This document shows positions 1-14,457 of a stretch of 64,000 nucleotides of DNA, one piece after another (the stretch's first letter is position 1; the number at the start of each line of letters is the position of its first letter). Below the pieces are notes generated by a model. The model was given only the letters and a program-made list of their open reading frames with translations. It did not search any database and had not been told where the DNA came from. Origin of the DNA: the human T2T-CHM13v2.0 reference genome, Homo sapiens. A program made the position numbers and the translations under genes. The stretch lies in assembly GCF_009914755.1 (NCBI RefSeq), contig NC_060947.1, one strand, 5' to 3'.

Positions 1-1023
1 TCCCAATTTTGGTGGGGAAGGAAAGGAGGATAAGTTAAGCAAGATAAAGAAAGCTCACAGAAACTTCATGCAGAGGTACAGCATTAAAGTTCTTTGTTTC
101 CTAATTAATGTTGTATGCAGAAGTATTCTGTAAACTAAATTTTCCTGACAGAAAAGTTCCCACATCCTCAACAGATGAGAATGATTGCATTATTTGGGAT
201 CCTTGATCAATACGAACCACATACTGTCCCTTCTCAAAGACTAAGTTCCTTATTTTTCACCCAAATCCTATATATTGAAAGACAACCAAGGTGCTAAATG
301 TTAACCACTAGTCAAGTTAGGAATGTCTGAAGAAAATATATTAACCTTGACATAAAGAAGATGTTTTTGGTCAAATTTCAGACATGTATTATTATAAATT
401 AATAACTGGCTCCATCCACCAGGTTAAAGATGAAGGGAGGGCCTAAGATGTCTCTAGAGTTTATATACACACAAGTGAGTGTCACTGTTTTGTTTTGTTT
501 TTGACCTAGTTTTATTAAATATTGCTTCCTTGGGGTGTGTTTATAACAACTCCCAGAACATTTCATGTAAGGATTCAAAGCGGTCATATTAAAATACAGC
601 TTCAATATAAAGTTTATCACAGTTTTACAGTATTCAAAAATGACAGACCTGCCTTAAAAAACAAAACAAAAACCAAAAAAGGACTATTACACCCAAAACA
701 TAAGAAAACAATTAAATAAACAAGTTTGGCATTTTCATGACTTTATAGTATAAAACAGAATATTAAATTTATTACTGGCAAACGGACACTGATTTATTTC
801 CTTTGAAATGTGTCCCATTTAAACACACTATACAAGTTCATTATACAAAAGATGGATGATCATTTTGATGAAAGAAGTGCACCCTGAAAATTTTTGCCAG
901 TTTAGAATATTTAGCTCTTAAAGTTTAAAAAAAAAGTCCTTTTCCTTTTTTAAACTGAAGGCTGAATTCAGATTTTTTTTGTTGTCTCATCTGTCAGCCT
1001 TCCTGGTTTAAAAACAATAGTGT
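1..1023 (-). other. MED14: MED14 3'UTR (may extend beyond the left edge)
   Basis: Follows the stop codon; AU-rich, no recognisable repeats; AATAAA on minus at 793-798, 768-773 and 511-516. Confidence 0.8.
511..516 (-). terminator. Candidate proximal polyadenylation signal AATAAA
   Basis: AATAAA followed ~20-25 nt later by CA dinucleotides and then a GU-rich stretch (TTGTGTGTAT). Confidence 0.5.
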
Positions 1024-1097
1024 CTATGGACGCCCACCAGGGGGCAGTGTAAGATTAGCCATTAAATCACGAACAGCTGCAAATATTGTGCATTCAC
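1024..1097 (-). CDS. MED14: MED14 exon 31 coding part (GECTIFAAVRDLMANLTLPPGGRP*)
   Basis: gttgcag|GT acceptor; TAG at 1024-1026; matches recalled MED14 C-terminus. Confidence 0.97.
1031..1049 (+). promoter_or_regulatory. CTCF core motif CGCCCACCAGGGGGCAGTG overlapping the last MED14 codons
   Basis: Exact match to the CCACCAGGGGGC core of the CTCF consensus. Confidence 0.6.
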
Positions 1098-1535
1098 CTG
1101 CAACAGAGAAAAATGGTCATTAGCTATTCACAACACAGGAAAGATGTTAACACACCGGTAAGGGAAGGGGTAATTAAATCTAAAATTAGTGAGAACTTTA
1201 AAGATCAAAATAAAAGACAATTTTAACTGCCCAGATTATTGGGGATTAAGCTGTGGTGTTAAGTATCAGATTATATTTGGTTTGGATTTTTTTTCTCAGG
1301 AGGAAACTTCAAGCAAGTCCCAGTTAGGTTTGTATTTAGGAAGATATGTCTAGAGTTTCTGTTTAGAAACACTGTAGCATTAGATAAGCCTTTGAAGTTG
1401 GGCTTTAAGGCTACTGAGTGCTTATAAGGGCATTTTGGATATCATAAAAACATCTAGTTTATATTTATGCATTAGTTACAACTTTGGTGGTATCTTTCAA
1501 ACGTTGCATTAAAGGCCAGATAAAAATGTTTAGGA

Positions 1536-1717
1536 CAGCGCTGTCCAATAGAACTTTTTGTGATGATGGAAATGTTGTATAAGTGTGCCATGGCTATTAA
1601 GCACTTGTAATATAGCTAGTGTGACTGAGGAACTGAATTTAAAGTTTTATTTAATTTTCATTAACTTAAATTTAAATAGCCACATGCTGGCTAGTGGCAG
1701 TTATACTGGACAGTGCA
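1536..1717 (+). mobile_element. MER3 (hAT-Charlie MITE)
   Basis: CAGCGCTGTCCAATAGAAC...TGGACAGTGCA termini; internal sequence like the MER3 consensus. Confidence 0.8.
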
Positions 1718-2795
1718 TGTCTCTGACATCTATTGGAGTTTTCTCCCAAAATTCAAGGAAATGGTCAACTTCCAGAGTTCAACATTAAAATCAATTAAAT
1801 ACAAAAATGATTTTCTTAAAAGCACTTCATCAGAAGAGAAGTGATGGGTGTGGGAGGTGGGGTGGGAGACTGAAGTATGGTACACCAACAATCCAAAAAC
1901 AGGATTTGTGGGTGGGGAGGGTGCTGGCGATTCATCCTGTCAACTTCTCCTTTGCTCAAAGAAACCAAATACTCTGCTTCTTGTAATTATTACAAGTATT
2001 TAAATATTATAAACCAAAAGCTGGATCCCTTCCTCTACAGCATGGTCTAACACTGTATACAGTGGCTGAAAGTGGGAGAACTGAAGACCTCATGTGAACT
2101 ATGGCCTTTCAGCAAAGGGCAGGATGTGCAGTGATCCTGTGCACATGAGAAGGTACAGAAAGAAAAAGGAAATCCAAAGGTCTGCCCAGTCCAAGGGGGG
2201 AAAAAAATGAAAACACTTCCAAAATATCTCAACAATTTCTGAAAAGGAGAAGTATTGTTTTTTAAAAAACACATTTTCATTATTGATAGGCAAGAAAACT
2301 TGCTTGATCCCAATAGGATCAAAACATTTTCCTTTTAATTTTAAATTCCACAAGACATAATACATAAAAACACATAAGATAATGACAGCCATCTGCTTGT
2401 GAAGGAATGGTGTTTATTATCAAGGTTCTACTGGACTGTTACTTTGAGAATTCTGATAGCTTTAAACTTTGATTCTTGAGGACCTATTTTTAGCTGAAAG
2501 AAGAGAGAAGTCAAAGGATGAAAGCAGAAAATTGTAAGAAGTAGAAGAAGTATTACAACAAAAGAAGCACACCCTTCTCTACTGCCCAGTGTATTCCTTA
2601 TACATTAAAGTGAGAACTCGCCTGCATATCCAATGTGGGGAAACAAATAGCTAAATATATCATTTCTCTCCTGATTCCTAGTTCTAGAAAACTTTGGACA
2701 CTGTAGTACCTAAAAATGTTTCAGAGAACAACTTTCCCTCATTTAAAAACATAATTGTTATTTAACTATTCTAAACAGAGAGAGATACAGAGAAC

Positions 2796-2853
2796 TTCCT
2801 TAATATTAGAAATAAGCAAATTTTAAATTTCCTTAATATTAGAAATGAGCAAA
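2796..2853. repeat. 25-bp direct repeat, period 33
   Basis: ttccttaatattagaaataagcaaa / ttccttaatattagaaatgagcaaa. Confidence 0.85.
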
Positions 2854-3581
2854 ATGGAAGAAAAGTTCTCTTTGCTGAGCTTTGTATTTTGCAACCCCAA
2901 ATTTAGCACTGCCAGGAGTTACGTGTTAAGTGAAGTCTACTCCAGTATTGCAGGGACCTTGTTTATCTTTCCAGAAACATTCTGGTTTCCTCGGAAATGT
3001 TCAGTTTGAGAGCTTCATTGTGCACATGGTGAAAAGGTTCACTTGCACCCACCTGACACTTATATAAGAAGCCCAAAAAAGCAGTAATGCCATTTGTATC
3101 AGCTTTTATTCTTCACAAAACATTTAGAAGATACAGAACTTTTAATAATATTCTTCTATTCGTGATTGAACCATGAAATATGAGAAACCAACATGCATTT
3201 CAACTTTGTGATGTACAGAGTGGCAGGTATTGATGGTAGGGCAGGAATTCACAGCCGTGGAAAATTCTATCATCCTAACCTAGGTCTTTGTGGCAATGTG
3301 TGCTATAAATACAAGCTTCTGGCATTAGCAACTGGGTCAGTCCCAATAGTAAATCACTAACAAAAAGTCCAGGCAGCAGAGAAATGGACAAAAATGAAGA
3401 ACCAGTGAGAAAGGAAGAAAGCGACAGGCAGACATTAAGAGGGCCACGGCAACCAGACCTCTATTGCTATGATTGGGTGGTAGAGTAGGTAAGGAGGGAG
3501 AAGAGAAGAGGAGAAAGGGGTGTCTCTCAAAAGAACTTTTATAACATATATGCAATAAAATATTGTCTACTGGTCATGTAC

Positions 3582-3774
3582 CTTGTCGTGGTGGATTCAT
3601 CTCTGCAAACCTCTTCAGAATGTTGCTGACCATCATGGGAGCAGCAACAGAAGAGTTCTGCTGTCTGGGAATGTCTGCCTGCTGGGTTGTACCTGAAGCC
3701 ATGTCATAAATGATTGGAACTATAATACTAACAGGTTCTTGGGGAGGGACCGATGTTTTCTGAGTTAGTTGAAG
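3582..3774 (-). CDS. MED14: MED14 exon 30 (LQLTQKTS...NPPRQ), 193 nt
   Basis: tatacag|CTT acceptor, AAG|gtacat donor. Confidence 0.96.
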
Positions 3775-4152
3775 CTGTATACACACAACACACACAAAGA
3801 GAATAAAAACATCATAAAACATCTGTCTAAATGTATCAAAGGTACTATCATTTACTGTACTTTCAGATTAAGATAAGCAAGCAAAAGAAAATTACACATG
3901 ACAAGAAAAGTGACAAACAACTGAATATTATGGTTAAGATGCAACTGTGCTACACAATTACCTGGTTCAATAAATTTCTGTTTTATTACTAAAGGAACCA
4001 GGATGTCATGACATCTACGCTGACAATTAAGGAATCCTGGCCTCTATTTGGCAACAAGAGATAATTTATGCAGTTATCCAAAAGTTGCTCTATTATCATG
4101 TGGCATTTCCCTCAGAAGCTCTGTACATGCACACATGCTGGGTGGTACTTAC

Positions 4153-4278
4153 AAAAAATAGCATTTTGGATTTCAGCACCACAGCAGGCGTCCCAGGAGG
4201 TGCAATCGGCGGCGCGCTGGGAGGGATCGTCAGGCAAAACTGAACATTCCATTTTAGCTGTGTTGCTTGGTCAGGGAA
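4153..4278 (-). CDS. MED14: MED14 exon 29 (FPDQATQL...KMLFF), 126 nt
   Basis: aaaatag|TTC acceptor, TTT|gtaagt donor. Confidence 0.96.
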
Positions 4279-5159
4279 CTATTTTGAAGGGGAAAAATCA
4301 AGATAAAGGCATATAAACATTTAAAATCATATTCTAGGTAGGAAAGTCTGAGAGGTTAGAATTTTGTTTCATACCCAATTATTAACAGAACATAAAGTTA
4401 ATAACTGCACTTTTTCAAAACAAATACATACATGAAGTTGCTAACTGAAAAGTCAACTGTGGACTTATGTAAGATTTTCCCCTTCCTTCCCTCCCACTTC
4501 GTTAATTCCTAAGGCCTATGGATTCGGCTTCTGCAGGGTCTCTGACATCTGTTCCCTCCTCTCTATATTCATTGAGGCCACCATGTGCAGGGCTTTATTA
4601 CTTCTCCTGTGCTCCCCTAACAGCTCTTTCCAGTGGCTGCCTCTTCCAGTCCATCCTCATACCACCATCAGATATAGGTCCTACAACATGGTTCCAGTCA
4701 AGCTCACAAATGTTCAGTGACATTTAGTGACACATGCTATCCCCCTACCACCCACAACTGAGGACCAACACCTAGCATTCAAGGCCCTTCTTAACTGTGC
4801 CAATCTAGACTTCCCAGTCCTGTTTCCAACTCTTTGCCTAAACAAACTAGTCAAACTGTGTGAAAGATTTTTAAATTATATCCATTGGTGCTTTTTTAGC
4901 CACATAAATATTTACTCCTTTAAAAATTCAAATGGATTTCTTTTTGACATAAATAATGTTTCCTACAGCCTATTAGATCAGAAGCCAAATGTTGAGACTA
5001 TTAGCAAAAGAACACTGTTGCCCCAATATTTATAGTAAAACGCTAACTAAAAAAAGAGTGAGGTAATTGAAGTTACTCAAATCAACACTAGAAACATTAA
5101 AATGAAAAGATCACCGTAAGACTGAAAAAAATACATCAGCTGCCATCTGGATTCCATCT

Positions 5160-6020
5160 ATATAACTACATACTTTCACAGTATATATCTCCCCATACAG
5201 AGAAGATTGATTATATGATAAATGAGCATCTGAAAAAGTTGGATCCATACCTCCTCATATTTGACACCAAAACAAAGTGAGACCCTGTCTCAAAATAAAT
5301 AAATAAAAATATATTTAAAATTTTAAATAATTAAAAAAAGGAATCCAAATGGTATTAGAAAAAAAACTTTGGGAGGATTATTTCAAAATCTGGGAGTGAG
5401 AAGAATCTAACAATGATACAAAATCAGGAAAACTTAAAAACCAATATTGATACATTTCACTATTTAAAAGAAAATTTTGCATAGCTAAACCTACCAAAAG
5501 TCAAGTCAAAACACAAATGAAAAACGCGGAAAAAATATTTACAATGAATATCCCAAGGGGCTAACTTCGCTAATGTACATACCCAATTCCTACAAATCAA
5601 AAGACCTAAAAATCTACAAATTAGAAAGACCCAAAGTCTAAACGCTGATAAAACTGTTGACAAGGATGTGGGAAAAAGCCAGTACTCTCATTGCTGGTGG
5701 GAATATAAACTGGCATAACCTCTATGGAGAACAATTTGGCAAAATCTACCAAAATTACAATTACATATATCCTCCGACCCAGCAATTCTACAGGTATACT
5801 GGCACATCCATAAAAAGGCTCTTTATTGTGGCACTGTTTGTAACAGCAAAATATCAGAAGAAACCAAAATGGCCAACAAGTTGGGACTCCTCAGCAATTT
5901 TAATACATTCATCTAATGAAATACTAAGCTTTGTTAAACAACACAAAACAAAGACATCCTTTATATACTTATATGGAAACATCTCCAAGATTTGTTCAGT
6001 GAATAAAGCAAGATGCTCCT
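5160..6020 (+). mobile_element. Old L1M (L1ME-like) 3' fragments with a short Alu tail remnant at ~5277-5310
   Basis: Degenerate L1 ORF2-end/3'UTR text (ctcattgctggtgggaatataaactgg, tttattgtggcactgtttgtaacagcaaa). Confidence 0.6.
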
Positions 6021-6046
6021 CCATTTCGAGCAATATGCCAGGTTAG

Positions 6047-6406
<360 letters not shown>

Positions 6407-6429
6407 AAAAGCCATCTTTTTAAATGCTA

Positions 6430-6868
6430 TTATGCATTGAATTGCGCACCTGAAGAAGACATGAAGTCCTAACCCCCAGCACCCATGAATATGATCTTAT
6501 CTGAAAACCAGGTCTTTGGAGACGTAATCAAATTAAGAGGAGGTCATTAGAATGGTCCCTAATCCAATATGACTGTTGTCCTTTATAAGAAGAGAAGAGA
6601 CACAGGCAGAGACACACACAGAGAGAACACCATGTGACGACAGAGGCAGAGGTTGCAGTAGCTAAGGAATACCAAAGACCGCTGGAACCACCTGAAGCTA
6701 AGAGAAACGCATGGAATAGATTCAACCCTAGGGTCTTCAGAGAGCATGGCCCCACTGACCCCTTGATTTAGGATTTCTGGTCTCCAGAACCGTGAGAGAA
6801 TAAACTCCTATTGTTTTAAGCCACTCAGCTTGCCATAATTTGTTGTGGCAGCCCTAAAAAACGAACAC
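6430..6868 (+). mobile_element. MLT1B/C-like MaLR solo LTR
   Basis: Typical MLT1 text (ccctaatccaatatgactg, ctccagaaccgtgagagaataaa, ttgttttaagccac). Confidence 0.75.
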
Positions 6869-7019
6869 GAATGCAGACTGAGCTATGCAGAAACTAAGGG
6901 AAATCCCCCAAGGGCCAACAACAAACCAAGAACAGATATTCAGTGCTCTGAAGGCAGCTGCTGCCCACGGAGCATCTTGCTGTCTCTTACTTTGCACTTC
7001 AGATTGACTGATTGATTGA

Positions 7020-7609
<590 letters not shown>

Positions 7610-7767
7610 TGCACTTCAGTTTTAATAGCTATTCAGGACACAAAGTCTAGGACCAACAAAGCTGAGGAGTCAGATTTTTAAAAATTATATGTTATAAATT
7701 TATACATAAACCATCTCATAATAAAAATGGAAAAAAGTACAAAACAGGATGTGTAAATATCATTTCA

Positions 7768-8088
<321 letters not shown>

Positions 8089-8441
8089 AGTTTATGAGAG
8101 CAATGTTATTTGCTTTTATGAATGGACCATCTCTGGAAGGAGAGGCAAGCCATGGTAACTCTGGTTGGCCAGAAGACAGTTGGACAGGGATAGAGGGGAC
8201 AGGGATAGCTAGACAGGAACTGATGGGAAATTTCTCACTATATTATCTTGTTTTAAATTCAAAAGATAAAACAGAATTGTGTTACCTATTCAAAGATAAA
8301 TAAAATTTAAGTTAAAAATTAAGAATTTAAGAGAAAAATAGAAGAAACTACATAGATGGGTGAAAACCAATAAACACTGCTCCCACCAACTCTAACCTCC
8401 TCAAACAAACCTTGCTAGAAATGTATATCTCTGTGACTTAC

Positions 8442-8549
8442 CAGCTCCAGCTTCATAATGTGCACACAATCCCTGAGGATGTGTGTAGGAGCTCCTAATA
8501 GCTTGGTGAAGGCTATTAACGTATTAGCTTTAAATGGTGGTCCTGCAAC
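8442..8549 (-). CDS. MED14: MED14 exon 28 (VAGPPFKA...MKLEL), 108 nt; preceded by a 93-nt intron
   Basis: cctgtag|GTT acceptor, CTG|gtaagt donor. Confidence 0.96.
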
Positions 8550-8642
8550 CTACAGGGATAAATAAAGCAAGTTACTCTTCATTCTACATTAATGCTTCTG
8601 TTTCATTAATTATATTCAAATTATGCACTATTAAACACATAC

Positions 8643-8822
8643 TCTTGTTTCAAAGAATTTCTCCAAAACTTGAAGTTCATCAGGTTTCCACTGTCCTGCA
8701 TTTTCAGGTGTCACTTTTAGCTGAAGCGTTTGGTTGGTTTTGGGACTAAGAGCTACTCTGCATTTCAGTGCATCAGTCTTAAACATGATCACTCCGGGTT
8801 CATTAGAATTTATCAGCTGCAG
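8643..8822 (-). CDS. MED14: MED14 exon 27 (LQLINSNE...FFETR), 180 nt
   Basis: tttgtag|CTG acceptor, AGA|gtatgt donor. Confidence 0.96.
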
Positions 8823-8959
8823 CTACAAAACAAGGACACATCAAATTAACATGTAAGTCAAAGAGAAAATGAAGATGTTACTGAGAATTGTTCCAAAAGG
8901 AAAACCACTAAGTTGATACCTATTCCAAAACAAAGGCACCTACAGCATTGAGCATCAGC

Positions 8960-9570
8960 TGCTGGCAACACTGCAAAAAGAGATGCGATCAGACATTATG
9001 TGCCTCTTGATGGAAGAACATAACTCTACCTATGAAGTATTCTTGCAAAACAACATAAAAAAACTTGAGCCTGAATTCATGCAGTAGTTTGATCCAGAGG
9101 ACTGACCAATGTGATAGAAAACATAGGGATCAAAAAAATACTAAGTGATTCCGAATTGCATAAGGATGAAGAAGGAGAACTAGATGGGGGAACCAAAAGT
9201 TGTAAGGGGACTTAGAAAAACTTATTTCGGTTCTGATTCAAAGTGTAAAAAATGAGACAACCTGGGAAATCTGGGTATTAACTAGATATGTGATACAGAA
9301 ATTATTTTTTTTAGGTATGAGAATGGTGCAGGTTGTGTTTTTTGTTTTGTTTTGTTTTAAGAGTCTATACTTTTTAGAGACATATGCAAAAATTTTTATG
9401 CAAGAAATTATGTCTGAGATTTGCTGTGAAAATCTGGGGGGAGGAGTTCTAGATGAAACAATACTGATATTAGTTAACTGTTGGAGGTGGGTGATGAGAG
9501 TACAGAAGTTCATTATACCATTCTACTTCTGTATATGCTGAACATTTTCCACAATATCTTTTTTTAAAGT
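8960..9570 (+). mobile_element. L1MC/L1MD-like 3' fragment
   Basis: Degenerate L1M 3'UTR text (cctatgaagtattcttgc, atgtctgagatttgctg, aacattttccacaata). Confidence 0.55.
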
Positions 9571-9642
9571 GGCACATTAGAAAAAAAGAAGACAGAGTAC
9601 AATTACAAAAGGTTAGATCTGGATTAGGCTCTTATTCTAGCC

Positions 9643-9863
9643 CCGGGGGTCGACAAACTTTTTCTGTAAAGTGTTATATAGAAAAAGTTGCAGGTTTTAT
9701 GCACTATATGGTCTCTGTCACAATTATTCAATGTTGTCATCACAGCTGAAAGCAGCTATAGACAATAAATAAATGAACAGGTGTGGCTGTGTTCCAATAA
9801 AACTTTATTTACAAAAACAGGTGGTAAGGACATAGCACCAGGGGCCGTAGTTTACTGACCCGT
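9643..9863 (+). mobile_element. MER58A (hAT-Charlie)
   Basis: ggggtcgacaaactttttctgtaaag...gtgttccaataaaactttatttacaaaaacagg. Confidence 0.8.
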
Positions 9864-10093
9864 TTTAGCAGAGTATGTTGATTATGCAGCTGAGCAAAAT
9901 GAGGCCAAAGAGCTGAAAGCTTACATAGATGGTAAGTGGCATAGCTGAGGCTAGATCCCGGGTCTGATGATTACCATTTTGAGTGCTAATTTTAGTTTAT
10001 TTTATTATTTTTCTTTCTTTTGAATGCTAATTTATTCAAAAACGTTTCCCCACCAAATCTTAGTATGAAGGTTGCAAAATGGCTTTACACTAA

Positions 10094-10742
<649 letters not shown>

Positions 10743-10910
10743 TGACTACCTCATTAGCACATGCATCTACCAATAATAACAGTAATTATAAATAATGAAA
10801 ATGCCTAGACAGTATATTAAGGGCTTTACATGAACTATCTCAAATTCACACAACTGTTATCAGTTAGGTAAATACTATTATCTGAAGAAATTTGCCTAAG
10901 CACACATTAG

Positions 10911-11414
<504 letters not shown>

Positions 11415-11438
11415 TAACCATAAATAATTTTCTTCAAA

Positions 11439-11736
11439 TTTTTTTTCTCTTTTTATTTTTTTAGAGACAGGGTCTCACTCGATCACCCAGGACAGAGTGC
11501 AGCAGCATGATCACAGCTCACTGTAACCTGGAACTCCTGGTCTCAAGCAATCCTCCTGCCTCAACCTCCCAAGTAGCTAGGACTACAGGTGCATGCCTGC
11601 TAATTTTTTAAATTTTTTGTAGAGAGAGGGTCTTGCTATATTGCCTAGGGTGGTCTGGAACTCTTGGGCTCAGTGATCCTCCTGCCTCAGCCTTCCAAAG
11701 TGCTGGGATTACAGGTATAAGCCACCACACCCAGCC
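11439..11736 (-). mobile_element. AluJ
   Basis: Diverged dimer with J-type positions (gatcacagctcactg). Confidence 0.88.
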
Positions 11737-12139
11737 AATTATTTTATTTCAATAAAGACTCAGAGTCAAAATCAGCCTCCCTGCACGGTCACTCCAGAAG
11801 GCAAATAATTACTGGTATGCTATTCTCTGCAAGGCCAGATCCTGTGCGCAGTGCTCCTGTGTGCTGCAGAAATCTATCTCCAGGTCCATGTTAGCCATAT
11901 AACATAGAAGCCACAGCACAGCAAACTGTATAATGCAGAAATATGTTAACATAAGAATGGAAAAGAAAATAATGGAGTCCATTTTTAATGCCAGGTTAGG
12001 GTGAAAATCATAATTCTAACAAGCTTGTTAAAGGAGGGAAGGTGAAGGAATGTCACGTTAGTTCAGATCCTATCCTGCAGGACAATTTAGCATTTTACCC
12101 TTAACAATCACCACTTAGAAGGTCATTAGGTACCCATAC

Positions 12140-12375
12140 CGTTTCTTGTTGAATAATTCTTTGAAGATGTCGTCTCATGATGACTGATCCAAGGAATCTC
12201 TCAAGTGGAGAACAAAGGTAACTACCTGCCAGGCCGGGCACAAGGCCTGGAGTTGGAGAGGGCAGCAGTAAAATGTTCAAGGCACTGTGAGTGAGGATGG
12301 TAGGTATGGATGCCGCCCAAGAGCGCTGAGGTAGTTTACGAGGTGGAGGCATGTTTGTTGGCATTGTTTGAGAAC
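12140..12375 (-). CDS. MED14: MED14 exon 26 (SSQTMPTN...IQQET), 236 nt; contains the LxxLL motif LNILL (12266-12280)
   Basis: ccaaaag|GT acceptor, ACG|gtatgg donor. Confidence 0.96.
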
Positions 12376-12525
12376 CTTTTGGGAAGGAAAACATGTTATG
12401 TCATTTACAAATACATACTATCTCATTGCTTCCTGTTTTGCTTTCATCATAAATCTTTGATGTTCTAAATCATTCTGTACTGTTTTAGTTACTCCTTGTG
12501 GTGTAACAATCATATATTAACAACC

Positions 12526-12990
12526 TGTTAGCAAAAATGGCCACTATTTTTCTCCTTCTTATATCCAGGCCCCTTGCAATGTGACTTTGCAGCAACTCCT
12601 TTAAGGGGTGGACTCTATTTCTCCACCTGAAACCTGGCTGGCCTAGTGATTTGCTTCTGACCAACAGAATGTGGTGGAAGTGACACTGGGCTAGTTGTAG
12701 GCCTCAGCTTCTACTCCCTGCCTTAAAATCCTGTTGAGCCACCATGTGAACAAACCTCAGATCAAGTGTGAAACCACACAAAGCAGAGAGAAACCTTGCC
12801 ATCTGAGGCCATCTAGTCCCAAACCAACCCAGCAGCTGACTACAGACACATGAGTGAGCTGCCCAGCAGAGTCTGAAAGAATCACTCAGCTGTGCTTAGT
12901 CTAAACTGCCAACCTGCAGAATTGTGAACCAATATATAACAATCATATATTGTTTTAAGCCACTAAATGTAGCAAAAGCTAACCAATAAA
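12526..12990 (+). mobile_element. MLT1F/G-like MaLR LTR
   Basis: cccttgcaatgtgactttgcagc, gaccaacagaatgtggtggaagtgac, ttgttttaagccactaa. Confidence 0.7.
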
Positions 12991-13017
12991 TGTGTACAAT
13001 TCTCTTCTCTGTTATTA

Positions 13018-13415
13018 TGTGTGATATTGTGAAATATATATTTGGTCTTTGTCCTAGCTCCTGGCATACAAATCCTAAAATTTTTGGACTCTTCAAAGTG
13101 GTTAAGTGTCCTTTTGTATGCTAATGAGATGGCTGATGGCTGGCAGCCCCTAGGTAGCTTCAGGAAGGGGGCTGATCACAGGAAAGACACGGCACAATTA
13201 GAGGGTTGGTAGTTTCAGCCCCACCCCCAAAGTTGATCACCAGTGGCCAGTGATTTAATCAATAATGCCTACGTGATGAAACTTCCATAAAAACCCAAAA
13301 GGACAGAGTTTGGAGAACTTCCAGATAGCCAAACATGTGAAGGCTCACAGAGGGCATGGAAACTGCACTCCCCTTATGCATCTCTTCATCTGCATCCTTT
13401 GTAATATCCTTTAAG
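13018..13415 (+). mobile_element. MER21-like ERV LTR fragment
   Basis: tgtgatattgtgaaatatatatttggtc start; gatttaatcaataatgcctacgtgatgaa. Confidence 0.7.
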
Positions 13416-13522
13416 TATCCTCTCTCAAAAAGTAGGTCATGACTTTCAAATGTGAGGATGCAACAAGATAGGTCACTTTGGGTTATACTAAAAAAGAACA
13501 TAAAAATGTTGATGATACTTAC

Positions 13523-13705
13523 TTGTTCCAGCTCGAGGGGAATGAGAAGCATCTGGAACCGGAGAATGTAGTGAGGGGTTGGCTGGTGACATTCCAGGCA
13601 TGCGTGCTGCTGGTGAGGGGCCAGACACTTGAGGAGATCCTGGCCAGTTCCCTGCTCGTCCACTTGGTGACACCATAGTGTATGGGGAACTAGGGTCAAG
13701 AGTTC
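13523..13705 (-). CDS. MED14: MED14 exon 25 (GTLDPSSP...PRAGT), 183 nt
   Basis: tttatag|GA acceptor, CAA|gtaagt donor. Confidence 0.96.
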
Positions 13706-14457
13706 CTATAAAAAAGGTAAACAAATGATTCTCAAAACCTATATTTTAATAACTGAAAATTATTTGACAGCATTCAAATCTTTACACAGTAATAATTTTA
13801 TTTTTTCTTCCAATAAGATGTTTCACTGAAGCTTGATGTGTGTTAACATGTCATGCCTGAATCTCTATTTTGTGTAAGGTACTTTTTAACATGATACAAA
13901 AATTAGAAAAATATAAAGCTTGAGAGAGGATAAAATTTACCTTCACACAAGCTTCAATGTATGTAATATGTAACAATGTATGCTACTATATGCATTAAAA
14001 TATTAAGCAAACAATCTCAGAGTTCCTTTAAAGGCAGAAATATTATATTTTTAAACCAACTTTGACAAACCATATTTTCATTCTACTCTAAGTAGAATGA
14101 GGAGAAGGAAATTTTCCATATTCTTTATTTAGACTATGTTGACTAAGAAATGAACCAAGACTCAAGTTTTGAAAGCAGTGACTTCCTGAACAATTTGATA
14201 TTTAAATTTCACCCTCCATTGGTATCTACGAAGATATTCAAAAATAAAAAATAAATAAATTTCATCCTCCAGATACCTTCAACATATTATTTATATCCCT
14301 CTGTAACCAAATGACAAACTGAAAAAATACTTTTACCATGTATATGTCAGAGAGTAAATGGTCTTTACTTAGGTCTTACAAATGGGCAAGAAAAAACACA
14401 AGAACATAGGCAAAGCATATATAACTGGGAGGTATAAAATAAGAAACACCAAAGACC

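Noticed and set aside
3040-3060. cag|GTGGGTGCAAGTGA resembling the start of exon 31 (GGCK* vs GECT)
   Set aside because: Similarity is too short, the acceptor context is poor, and it reads equally well as a donor
3337-3555. Hydrophobic 72-aa ORF suggesting a membrane-anchored alternative C-terminus
   Set aside because: Reaching this frame from exon 30 needs a weak GAG acceptor behind two better AGs; the hydrophobicity reflects pyrimidine-rich sequence
13259-13699. 146-aa minus-strand ORF overlapping exon 25
   Set aside because: Alternative frame of a GC-rich exon running into a MER21-like LTR; non-ATG start and no other support
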